Origin: the human T2T-CHM13v2.0 reference genome, Homo sapiens
Direction: 5' to 3' (one strand)
NCBI RefSeq assembly: GCF_009914755.1
Contig: NC_060931.1
DNA length: 64,000 nucleotides
The position numbers and the translations under genes were made by a program. The notes below the pieces were generated by a model that had not been told where the DNA came from, made no database searches, and worked only from the letters and a program-made list of their open reading frames with translations. This document shows positions 1 to 11,900 of the stretch, one piece after another (the stretch's first letter is position 1; every line of letters begins with the position of its first letter).

Positions 1-873
1 TTGAAATGTGTCCCAGAGGCTCTGGTATGTTGTGTCTTTGTTCTCGTTGGTTTCAAGGAACATCTTTATTTCTGCCTGCATTTCGTTATGTACCCTGTAG
101 TCATTCAGGAGCAGGTTGTTCAGTTTCCATGTAGTTGAGCGGTTTTGAGTGAGGTTCTTAATCCTGAGTTCTAGTTTGATTGCACTATGATCTGACAGAC
201 AGTTTGTTATAATTTCTGTTCTTTTACATTTGCTGAGGAGAGCTTTACCTCCAAGTATGTGGTCAATTTTGGAGTAGGAGTGGTGTGGTGCTGAAAGGAA
301 TGTATATTTTGTTGATTTGGGGTGAAGAGTTCTGTAGATGTCTATTAGGTCCACTTGGTGCAAGTTGAGTTCAATTCCTGGGTATCCCTGTTAACTTTCT
401 GTCTCATTGATCTGTCTAATGTTGACAGTAGGGTGTTGAAGTCTCCCATTATTAATGTGTGGGGGTCTAAGTCTCTTTGTAGGTCACTCAGGACTTGCTT
501 TATGAATCTTGGTGCTCCTGTATTGGGTGCATATATATTTAGGATAGTTAGCTCTTCTTGTTGAATTGATCCTTTTACCAATATGTAATGACCTTCTTCA
601 TCTCTTTTGATCTTTGTTGGTTTAAAGTCTGTTTTATCAGAGACTAGGATTGCAACCCCTGCCTTTTTGTTTTGCATTTGCTTGGTAGATCTTCCTCCAT
701 CCCTTTATTTTGAGTCTATGTGTGTCTCTGCACGTGAGATGGGTTTCCTGAAGACAGCACACTGATGGGTCTTGACTCTTTATCCAATTTGCCAGTCTGT
801 GTCTTTTAATTGGAGCATTTAGTCCATTTACATTTGAAGTTAATATTTTTATGTATGAATTTGATCCTGTCAT
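1..873 (-). pseudogene. L1 ORF2p N-terminus (APE-like endonuclease domain), frameshifted
   Basis: 637..873 encodes MTGSNSYIKILTSNVNGLNAPIKRHRL...CCLQETHL. It continues in another frame (345..677) as KAGVAILVSDK...LNIYAPN...MGDFNT. Frameshifts lie near 670 and 355. Confidence 0.95.
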
Positions 874-936
874 TATGATGTTAGCGGGTTATTTTGCTCA
901 TTAGTTGATGCAGTTTCTTCCTAGCCTTGATGGTCT

Positions 937-1937
937 TTATGATTTGGCATGTTTTTGCAGTGGCTGGTACCGATTTTTCCTTTCCATGTTTAGTGCTTCC
1001 TTCAGGAGCTCTTTTAGGGCAGGCCTGGTGGTGACAAAATCTCTCAGCATTTGCTTGTCTGTAAAGTAGTTTATTTCTCCTTCACTTATGAAGCTTAGTT
1101 TGGCTGGATATGAAATTCTGGGTTGAAAATTCTTCTCTTTAAGAATATTGAATATTGGCCCCTACTCACTTCTGGCTTGTAGAGTTCCTGCCAAGAGATC
1201 CACTGTTAGTCTGATGGGCTTCCCTTTGTGGGTAATCCGACCTTTCTCTCTGGCTGCCCTTAACATTTTTTCCTTCATTTCAACTTTGATGAATCTGACA
1301 ATTATGTGTCTTGGAGTTTCTCTTCTCGAGGAGTATCTTTGTGGCATTCTCTGTATTTCCTGAATTTGAATGTTGGCCTGCCTTGCTAGATTGGGGAAGT
1401 TCTCCTGGATAATATCCTACAGAGTGCTTCCCAACTTGGATCCATTCTCTCCGTCACTTTCAGGTACACTAGTCAGACGTTGATTTTGTTTTTTCACATA
1501 GTCCCATATTTCTTGGAGGCTTTGTTCATTTATTTTTATTCTTTTTTCTCTAAACTTCTCACTTCATTTCATCTTCCATCACTGATACCCTTCCTTCCAG
1601 TTGATCACATCAGCTACTGAGGCTTCTGCATTCCTCACATTGCTCTCATGCCTTGGTTTTCAGCTCCATCAGGACCTTTAAGGACTTCTCTGCATTGGTT
1701 ATTCTAGTTATCAATTTGTCTAATTTTTTCCGTGCTTTTAACTTCTTTGCCGTTGGTTTTAATTTCCTCCTGTAGCTCAGAGTATTTTGATTGTCTGAAG
1801 CCTTCTTCTCTCAACTAGTCAAAGTCATTCTCTGTCCAACTTTGTTCCATTGCTGGTGAGGAGCTGCGTTCCTTTGGAGGAGGAGAGGTGTTCTGATTTT
1901 TAGAGTTTCCAGTTTTTCTGCTCTGTTTTTTTCCCAT
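937..1937 (-). pseudogene. L1 ORF1p (RNA-binding chaperone), disrupted
   Basis: ATG at 1937 (cat at 1935-1937, ATGGGAAAAAAACAGAGCAGAAAAACTGG). TAA at 939-937 follows ...HAKS. Fragment 1162..1347 reads PQRYSSRRETPRHIIVRFIKVEMKEKMLRAAREKG. The span is ~16 nt shorter than an intact ORF1 and has no continuous frame. Confidence 0.93.
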
Positions 1938-2065
1938 CTTTGTGGTTTTATCTACTTTTGGACTTTGATGATGGTGACGCACAGATCAGTTTTTGGCGTG
2001 GATTTCCTTTCTGTTTGTTAGTTTTCCTTCTAACAGACAGAACCCTCAGCTGCAGGTCTGTTGGA

Positions 2066-2189
2066 GTTTACTAGAGGTCCACTCCAGACACTTCCTGGTT
2101 ATCAGCAGTGGTGGCTGCAGAACAGCGTATTTTGGTGAACCAAAAATGCTGCTGCCTGAATGTTCCTTTGGAAGTTTTGTCTCAGAGGA
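2066..2189 (-). promoter_or_regulatory. L1 5'UTR segment equivalent to the ~129 bp ZNF93-target region lost in younger L1PA3 and later lineages
   Basis: About 124 bp (gtttactagaggtccactccagac...gtggctgcagaacagc...gctgctgcc...ctcagagga) lies between 'ctgttgga' and 'tac...tgtgaggtgtcagt', which are nearly adjacent in L1HS. Confidence 0.8.
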
Positions 2190-2493
2190 GTACTCAGCCT
2201 TGTGAGGTGTCAGTCTGCCCCTACTGGGGGGTGCCTCCCACTTAGGCTACTCAAGGGTCGGGGACCCACTTGGGGAGGCATTCTGCCCATTCTCAGATCT
2301 CAAGCTGCAAGCTGGGAGAACCACTACTCTCTTTAAAGTCTGCAGAGGTTACTGCTGTCTTTTTGTTTGTCTGTGCCCTGCCCCCAGAGGTGAAGCCTAC
2401 AGAGGCAGGCAGGCCTCCTTGAGCTGTGGTGGGCTCCACCCAGTTTGAGCTTCCCGGCTGCTTTGTTTACCTAATCAAACAACTAACTTGGCA

Positions 2494-2676
2494 ATGGCAG
2501 GTGTCCCTCACCCAGTCTCGCTGCAGCCTTGCAGTTTGATCTTGGACTGCTGTGCTAGCAATGAGAGAGACTCTGTGGGCATAGGACCCTCTAAGCCATG
2601 TGGGGGATCTAATCTCCTGGTGTGCCGTTTTTTAAGCCCATTGGAAAAGCACAGTATTAGGGTGGGAGTGACCTGA
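2494..2676 (+). pseudogene. L1 antisense ORF0 homologue, truncated to 60 aa
   Basis: ATG at 2494: MAGVPHPVSLQPCSLILDCCASNERDSVGIGPSKP...IRVGVT*, matching primate ORF0 (MAGAPPPASLPPCSLISDCCASNQRDSVG...). The stop is a CGA>TGA CpG change. Confidence 0.85.
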
Positions 2677-2923
2677 TTTCCCAGTTGCCGTCTGTCACCC
2701 CTTTCTTTGACAAGGAAAGGGAATTCCCTGACCCCTTGTGCTTCCTGGGTGAGGCAATGCCTCACCCTGCTTCAGCTCACACACAGTGCGCTGCACACAC
2801 CATCCTGCGCCTATTGTCTTGCACTCCCCAGTGAGATGAACCCGGTACCCAGTTGGAAATGCAGAAATCACCCGTCTTCTGTGTCCCTCACACTGGGAGC
2901 TGTAGACAAGAGCTGTTCCTATT

Positions 2924-2934
2924 CAGCCATCTTG
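2924..2934 (-). promoter_or_regulatory. YY1-binding site of the L1 promoter
   Basis: Minus strand CAAGATGGCTG, ~13 nt from the L1 5' end (consensus CAAGATGGCCG with the CpG decayed). Confidence 0.75.
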
Positions 2935-2946
2935 GCTCCTCCCCCC

Positions 2947-5900
2947 ACTGTGTGCATTCTTCTCAGAAAGTTAAACATTTCATTGGATTCAGCAGTTTGG
3001 ACACACAGTTGTTGTAGAATCTGTGAAGGGATATTAGGGAGCTTAATGAAGACAAAGGGGAAAAACAGTGTATCCCAAGAAAAAAACTAGAAGGGAGCAA
3101 TCTGAGAAACTGCTTTGTGGTGTGTGCATTCATCTCTCAGTGTTAAAATATTATTTTCATTCAGCAGTTTGGAAACACTGTTTTTTTAGAATCTGCAAAG
3201 TTATATTTGGGAGCACATAGAAGCCAATACTGAAAAAGGAAATATCTTCAGATAAAAACTAGAAAAATCTTTCTGAGAAACTGCTTTGTGATGTGTGCAT
3301 TCATCTCAGAGAGGTAAACCTCTCTTTGGATTCAGTAGTTTAGAATCACTGTTGTTGTAGGATCTGTGAAGGGATATTTCGGAGCTAACAGAGGCCAATG
3401 GCAAAAAACTTAATATCCCAGGATGAAAACTAGAAAGAAGCTATCTGACTAACCACTTTAGGATGTGTGCATTCATCTCACCGAGTTAAAACTTTTTTTT
3501 TCATTCAGAAGTCTGGGAAGACTCTGTTGGCAGAAATGATAAAGGGATATTTGGGAGAGCATTGAGGCCTTTGGTGAAAAAGGAAATATATTCTGATAAA
3601 AACTGGAAAGAAGGTTTTAAGGAAACTGCTTTGTGATGTGTGCATTCATCTCATAGAGTTAAACCTTTCTTTGGATTCAGCAGTTTGGAAACACTGTTGG
3701 TGTAGAATATGAGAAGGGATATTTGGGATATTAATGAGGCCCAAGGCGAGAAAGTGAATACCCTAGGGAAAAAAAACTAGAAGAAATCTATCCGATAAAC
3801 CACTTTGTGATGTGTGCATTCAACTCACAGAGTTAAAACTTGCTTTTCATACAGCAGTCTGGAAACACTGTTTTGGCAGAATCTGCCAAGGGATATTTGG
3901 GAATGCATTGAGGACTATGGGGGAAAAAGAAATATTCTCAGATAGAAACTGGAAAGAAGGTTTCTGAGAAACTGCTTTGTATTGTGTGCATTCATCTCAC
4001 AGAATTAAACCTTTCTATGGATTCAACATTTTGCCATCACTGTTTTTGTCTATTCTGCAAATGGACTTTTTGGAGCTCATTGATGCCAACGGCAAAGAAG
4101 CTAATATCCCAGGATAAAAACTGGAAGAAAGCTATCTGAGAAACCGCATGGTGATGTGTGCATTCATCTCACAGAAATAAAGCTCTCTTTTCATTCAGTA
4201 GTTTGGAAACACTGTTTTGGCAGAATTCACAAAGTTTTATGTGGGAGCGCATTAAGGCCCATGGTGAAAAAGGAAATATCTTCAGATTAAAACTGGAAAG
4301 AAGTTTTCTGAGAAACTGCTTTGTGATGTGTGCATTCATCTCACAGAGATAAAGCTTTCTATTCATTCAGTAGTCTGGAAACACTGTTTTGGCAGAATTT
4401 ATAAAGTTATATGTGGGAGCACATAAAGGTCTATGGTGAAAAAGGAAATATTTTCAGATAAAAACTAGAAAGGAGTTTTCTGAGAAAATGCTTTGTGATG
4501 TGTGCATTCATTTCACAGATTTAAACATTTCTTTGGGTTCAGCAGTTTGGAAACACTGTTGTAGTAGAATCTGTGAAGGGATATTTCAAAGCTCATTGAG
4601 GCCAAAGACAAAAAAGCGAATATCCAGGGAAAAAAACTAGACAGAAGTTATCTGAGAAAGTGCTTCATGATATTTACATTCACCTCGGACAGATAAACCT
4701 TACTTTTCATTCCACGGTTTTTTTAAACACTGCTTTTGTACAATCTGTGAAGTTATATTTGGGAGCACATTGTGGTCTGTGGTGAAAAACTAAACATCTT
4801 TACATGAAAACTGGAAAGAAGGTTTCTGAAAAACTGCTTTGTGATGTGGGCATTCACTTCACAAAGTTTAACATTTATGTGGATTCATCAGTTTGCAAAC
4901 TCTGTTTTTGTCCATTCTGCAAATGGACATTTGGAGCTCATTGAGCCCAATTCCAAAAAAGCGAGTATGCCAGGATAAAAACTAGAAGGAAGGTATTTGA
5001 GAAACCACTTTGTGATTTGTGCATTCATCTCAGAGTATTAAACCTTTCCTTTCATTCGGCAGTTTGGAAACACTGTTTTGTCAGAATCCACAAAGAAATA
5101 TTTGGGAATGCATTGAGGCCTATAGTGAAAAAGGAAATATCTTCTGATAAAAACTGGAAAGAAGCTTTCTGAGAAACCGCTTTGTGATGTGTGCGTTCAT
5201 CTCACAGTTAAACGTTTCTTTTAATTCAGCAATTTAGAAACACTGTTTTCACAGTATCTGTGAAGGAATTTCTGGGAGCACTTGGAGACCTATGCTGAAA
5301 AGAGAATATCTTCAGATAAAAAAAAGAAAGAAGTTTTCTGATAAACTGCTTTGTGACGTGGGCATTCATCTCACTGTGTTAAAACTTTCTGTTGATTCAG
5401 AAGTTCGCAAACACTGTTTTTGTCCATTCTGAGAAAGGACATTTGGGAATTCATTGATGCCAATGGTGAAAAAATGAATATCCCAGGAAAAAAACTAGAA
5501 AGAACTTATCTCAGAAACTACTTTGTGATGCGTTCATTCACCTAGCAGAGATAAACTTTTCTTTACATACAGCAGTCTGGAAGCTCTGTTTTGGCAGAAT
5601 CCATGAACAGATATTTGGGAGTCCATTGAGGCTTATGGTGAAAAAGGAAATATCTTCAGATAAAAACTAAAAAGAAGCTTTCTGAGAAACTGCTTTGTGA
5701 TGTGTGCATTCATCTCACAGACTTTAACCTTTCTGTGTATTCAGTAGTTTGCAAACACTGTTTTTTTCCATTCTGTGAATGGACATTTGAGAGCTCTTTG
5801 AGGTCAATGGCAAAAAAGTGAATATCCCAGATTAAAACTAGAAGGAATCTATTTGAGAAACTGCTTTGTGATGTGTGCATTCAACCTGCAGGTTTAAACC

Positions 5901-8900
5901 TTTCTTTTCATTCAGCAGTTTGAAAGCCCTGTTTTGGTAGTATCTGTGAAGTTACAAATTGCGTTGAGGCCTATGGTGAAAAAGGAAATATCTTCAGCAA
6001 AAAACTAGAAAGAAGCTTTCTGAGAAATGGCTTTGTGATGTGTGCATTCATTTCATGGAGTTATACCTTTCTGTGCATTCAGCAGTTTGTAAACACTGTT
6101 ATTGTAGAATCTGCAAAAGGGTATTTGGGAGATTATTGAGGCCAAAAGCAAAAAAGTGAATATCCCAGGATGAAAACTATATGGAAGCTATTTGAGAAAT
6201 CACTTTGTGATGTGTTTCTTCATCTCACAGAGTTGAATCTTTCTTTTCATTCAGCAGTTTAGAAACACTGTTTTCATAGAATCTGTGAAGGGATATCTGG
6301 GAGCTCATTGAGGCCCAGGGTGAAAAAGGAAATATCTTCAGATAAAAACTATAAAGAAGCTTTCTGACAAACTGCTTTTTCACGTGTGCATTCAACTCAC
6401 AGAGTTAAAACTTTCCGTAGATTCAGCAGTTTGCTAACACTGCTTTTGTCAATTCTATGAATGGAGATTTCAGAGCTCATTGACGCCAATGGCAAAAAAG
6501 TGAATATCCCATGATAAAAACTAGAAGGAATCTATCTGAGTACCACATTGTGATGTGTGCATTCACCTCGCTGAGATATACCTTTGTTCTCATTCAGCAG
6601 TCTGGAAATTCTGTTTTGTCAGAGTCCTCAAAGGGATATTAGGGAGTGCATAGAGGCCTGTGGTGAAAAAGGAAATATCTTCAGATAAAAAGTAGAAAGA
6701 AGCTGTCTGAGAAACTGCTTTGTGATGTGTGCATTCACTGCACAGAGTTAAAATTCTCTTTTCATACAGCAGTCTGGAAACACTATCAGCAGAATCCATG
6801 AAGGGATATTTGTGAGTGTCTAGACGTCTATGGTGAAAAATGAAATACATTCAGATAAAAACTAGAAAGAAGTTTTCTTTGAAGCTGCTTTGTGATGTGT
6901 GCATTCATCTCACAGAGTTAAACCTTTCTTTGGATTCTGCAGTTTGGAAACACTGTTATTGTAGAATCAGCAAATGAATATTTTGGAGCTCATTGATGCC
7001 AATGGTGAAAAAGTGAATATCCCAGGATAAAAACTAGAAGGAAGCTATCTGAGAAACTGCTTTGTGATGTGGACATTCACCTCACAGACTTAAAACTTTC
7101 TTTCCATTCTACAGTCTGGAAACACTGTTTTGGCAGAATGTGCGAAGGGATATTTGGGATCTCCTTCAGGCCTATGGAGAAAAAGGAAATATCTTCAGAT
7201 AAATACTGGAAATAACCCTTTTGAGAATCTGCTTTGTGATGTGTGCATTCATCTCACAGAGTTGAACCATTACTTATATTCAGCACTTTGGAAACACTGT
7301 TGTTTTAGAATCTGAGAAGGGATATTTTGGAGCTCATTGAGGCCAATGGCAAAAAAGCAAATATCCTAGGATAAAAACTTGAAGTAAGCTATCTGAGAAA
7401 CTGCTTTGTGATGTGTACATTCATCTCACAGAGTTAAACCTTTCTTTTCATTCAGCAGTTAGGAAACACTGTTTTCATGGAATCTGTGAATGGATATCTG
7501 AGAGCCCTATGTGTCCTATGGTGAAAAAAGAAATTTCTTCAGATAAAAACTAGAAAGAAACTTTCTGAGAAACTTCTTTGTGATGTGTACATTCATCTCA
7601 CAGAGTTAAACATTTCTATGATATCAGCAGTTTGCAAACACTGTTAGTGTCCATTTTGCAAATAGACATTTGGGAGCTCATTGAGGTCAATGACAAATAA
7701 GTGAATATCCCAGTATAAAAACCAGATGGAAACTATCTGAGAAACGGCTTTGTGATGTGTGCATTAACCTCACAGAAATAAACTTTTCTTTTCATTCAGC
7801 AGTCTGGAAACTGTTTTGGCAGAATCCATGAAGGGATATTTGAGAGTGCATAGAAGCCTATGGTGAACAAGGGAATATCTTCAGATACAATCAGAAAGAA
7901 CTTTCTGAGTAACTGCTTTGTGATGTGTACATTCATTTCCTAGAGTTAAACCTTTCTGTGGGCTCAGCAGGTTGCAAACACTGTTTTTGACCATTCTGCA
8001 AATTGACATTTGGGAGCTCAGTAAGGTCAATGGCAAAAAAGTGATTATCCCAGGATGAAAACTAGAAAGAAGCTATCTGAGAAACCACTTTGTGATGTGT
8101 TCATTCACCTCATGGAGTTAAAAGTTTCTTTACATACAGCAGTCTGTAACAACTGGTTTGGCAGAATCCACCAAGGGATATTTGAGAGTGCATAGAAGCC
8201 TATGGTGAAAAAGGAAGTATCTTCAGATAAAAATTAGAAAGAAGGTTTCTGAGAAATTGCTTTATGATGTTTGGATTCATCTCACAGAGTTAAACTTTTA
8301 TTTACATTCAGTAGTTTGGAAACACTATTTTCATAGAATCTGCAAAAAGATTTCTGGAAGTGAATTGAGGCCTATGGTGGAAAAAGAAATATCTTCTAAA
8401 AAACTAGAAAGAAGCTTTCTGAGAAACTGCTTTGTGATGTGTGCATTCATCTCACAGATTTAAACCTTTCTGTGGATTCAGCATTTTGCAAACACTGTTG
8501 TTGTCGATTCTGTGAATGGACATTTGGAAGCTCTTAGAGGCCAATGGCAATAAAGTGAATATCCCAGGATAAAAAACTAGAAAAAAGCTCTCTGAGAAAA
8601 CACTTTTTGACGTGTGCATTCACCTCACAGAGTTAAAACGTTCTTCTCCTATGGCAGTCTGGAAACACTGTTTTGGCACAACCTGTGAAGGGATATATGA
8701 GAGCACATAGAGGCCTAGGGTGAAAAAGGAAATATATTCAGATAAAAACTAGAAACAAGCTTCCTGAGAAACTGCTTTGTGATGTGGGCATTCATCTCAC
8801 AGAGGTAAACCTTTCTTTGTATTCAGCAGTTTGGAAACACTGTTGTTGTAGAATCTGCAAAGAGATATTTGGAAGCTCATTGAGGCTAATGGTGAAAAAG

Positions 8901-11900
8901 TGAATATAGCAGGATAAAAACTAGAATGAAGCTATCTGAATAACCACTTTGTGATGTGTGTATTCACGTTTCAGATTTAAAACTTTCTTTTCATTCAGCA
9001 GTTTTTAAACACTGTTATGGCAGAATCTGTGAAGGGATATTGGGGAGCTCATTGAGACCAACAGCAAAAAAGTGAATATCCCAGGATAAAAACTAGAAAG
9101 AATCTATCTGATTAACTGCTTCATGATGTGTGTATTCACCTCACAGAGTTAAACATTTCTTTTCATTCAGCAGTTTGGAAAAACTATTTTCATAGAATCT
9201 GGAAAAGAAAGATTTCTGGGAGTGCATTGAGGCCTGCGGTGAAAATGGAAATATCTTCAGATAAAAATTAGAAAGAAGCTCCCTGAGAAACTGCTTTGTG
9301 ATATGTGCATTCATATCACAGAGTTAGACATTTCTGTGGATTCAGAAGTTTGCAAACACTGTTTTTGTTGATTAAGTGAATGGACATTTGGGAGCTAGTT
9401 GAGGCCAATGGTGAAAAAGTGAATATCCCAGGATAAAAACTAATAAAAAGCTTCCTGAGACACTGCTTTGTGAATGGTGCATTCACCACGCAGAGATAAA
9501 ACTTTCTTTTCATACAGCAGTCTAGAAACACTGCTTTGGAAGAATCTCAGAAGGGATATTTAGGAGCGCATTGAGGCCTAAGGTGAAAAAGTAAGTATCA
9601 TCAGATAAAAATTAGAAACAAGCTTTCTGAGAAACTGCTTTGTGATGTGTGCATTCATCTCAAAGGGTTAAGCCTTTCTTTGGATTCAGCATTGTGGAAA
9701 CACTGTTGTTGTAGGCTCTGCAAAAGGATATCTGGGAGCTTAATAAGGCCAATGGCAACAAAGAAAGTATCCCAGGGAAAAAAACTAGAAGGAAGCTTTC
9801 TGAGAAACTGCTTTGTGATGTGTGCATTCATCTCTCATAGTTAAACCTTGCTTTTCATTCAGCAATTTGGAAAAACTGTTTTCGTTGAATCTGTGAAGGG
9901 ATGTCTGGGAGTGCATTGAGGCCTAGAGTGAAAAAGGAAATATCTTCAGATAAATCTAGAAAGAAGATTTCTGAGAAACTGATTTGTGATATGTGCATTC
10001 ACGTCACAGAGTTAAGCTTTTCTGTGGATTCAGCCATTTACAAAGACTGTTTTTGTCCATTCTGTGAATGGACATTTGGGAGTTCATAGAGGCCAATGGT
10101 GAAAAAGTGAATATCCCAGGATAAAAACTAGAAGGAAGCTATCTGAGAAACTACATTGTGATGTGTGCATTCATTTCACAGAATTAAACCTTTCTTTTCA
10201 TTCAACAGTTAGGAAACACTGTTTTTGTAGAATATATTAAGTGATATCTGGGAAAGCATAGAAGCCTATGGTGAAAAAGGAAATATCTTCAGATAAAAAC
10301 TAGAAAGACACATTCTGAGAAACTGCTTTGTGATGTGTGCATTCATTTCTGAGAGTTAAATCTTTCTTTGGATTTAGCACTTTGGAAACACTGTTTTTGG
10401 AGAATCTGTGAAGGGATATTTGGGAGCTCATTGGGGCCAATGAAGAAAAAGTGAATATCACAGGATAAAAACTAGAAGGAAGCTATTTGAGAAACTTATG
10501 TGTGATGTGTGCATTCATCTTGCAGACTTAAGCCTTTCTTTTCATTCCACAGTTTGGAAACACTGTTTTGGTAGAATCTGCAGATGGATATCTGTGTGCA
10601 AATTGATGCCTATGATGAAAAAGGAAATATCTTCAGAAAAAAACTAGAAAAAAGCTTTCTGAGAAACTGCTTTGTGATGTGTGTATTCATCTCACAGAGT
10701 TAAACCTTTCTGTGAATTCAGTAGTTTGCAAGCACTTTTTTTGTCCATTCTGTGTATGGATATGGGGGAGCTCATTGAGGCCAATGTCGGAAAAGTGAAT
10801 ATCTGATTATAAAAACTAGAAGGATGCTATCTGAGAAGCCAGTTTATGATGTGTGCATTCAACTTGCAGAGTTAAACCTTTCTTTTCACTCAGCTGTCTG
10901 GAAACACTTTTGGTAGAATTTTGAGAAGGGATACTTGTGAGCACAGTGAGTCTTATTTTGAAAAAGGAAATATCCTCAAATAAAACTAGAAAGAAGCTTT
11001 CTGAGAAACTGCTTTGTGATGTGTTCATGCATCTCACAGAGGCAAACCTTTCTTTGGATTCAGTAGTTTGGAAACACTGTTGTTGAAGGAACTGTGAAAG
11101 GATATAAGGGAGCTTAATTGGGGAAATGTTGAAAAAGGAAATATCCCAGGAAAAAACTAGTAGGAAGCTATCTGAGAAACCGGTTTGTGATGTGTGCATT
11201 AACATCTCAGAGTTAAACCTTTCTTTTCATTCAGCAGTTTGGAAACACTGTTTTTGTAGAATCTGTGAAGTGATATCTTGGAGCGCATTGAGGTCTATGG
11301 TGAAAAAGGAAATATCTTCAGATAAAAACTAGAAAGAAGCTTCCTGAGAAATTGCTTTGTGATGACTGCATTCATCTCACAAAGTTCAACCTTTATTTGG
11401 ATACAGCAGTTTGAAAACACTGTTGTTGTCCATTCTTAGAATGGGCATTTGGGAGCTGATTGAGGCCAATGAGGAAAAAGCAAATATAACAGGATAAAAA
11501 TGAGAAGGAAGCCATTTGAGAAACCACTTTTTGATGTGTGCATTCATCTCACACAGTTGAACCTTTCCTCTTATTCAGCCACTTGGAAACACTGTTTTCA
11601 TAAAATCTACAAAGGGATATCTTAGAAACTGCTTTGGATGTGTGCATTCATCTCACAGAGTTAAAACTTTCTGTGGATTCAGCAGATTGCAAACACTGTT
11701 TTTGTCCATTCTGTGAATGGATATTTGGGAGCTCATTAAGGCCTATGGTGAAACTGCCAATATCCTACGATAAAAACTAGAAAGGAGCTATCTGAGAAAC
11801 CACTTTCTGAGGTGTGCATTCACCTAGCAGAGTTAAAATTTTCCTTTCATACAGCAATCTGGAAACATTGTTTTGGCAGAATCCACAAAGTGATATTTCA

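Larger units (their letters stand above)
1..2946 (-). mobile_element. LINE-1 (L1PA4-like), 5' half of a probably full-length copy: 5'UTR, ORF1 and ORF2 endonuclease region; continues off the left edge
   Basis: The minus strand begins GGGGGGAGGAGCCAAGATGGCTGAATAGGAACAGCT (canonical L1 5' end) at 2946. ORF1 and ORF2 peptides are recognisable. The 5'UTR is ~1.0 kb and retains the extra ~125 bp segment absent from L1PA2/L1HS. Confidence 0.97.
1938..2946 (-). promoter_or_regulatory. L1 5'UTR internal sense/antisense promoter, strongly CpG-decayed
   Basis: Lies between the L1 5' end and the ORF1 ATG. Many consensus CpGs now read TG/CA. There is a ~20 bp deletion near 2338 (ctttaaag|tctgcagagg). 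Confidence 0.9.

Noticed and set aside
2947-2963. TSD of the first L1
   Set aside because: The other end of the element is outside the window, so the duplication cannot be verified.
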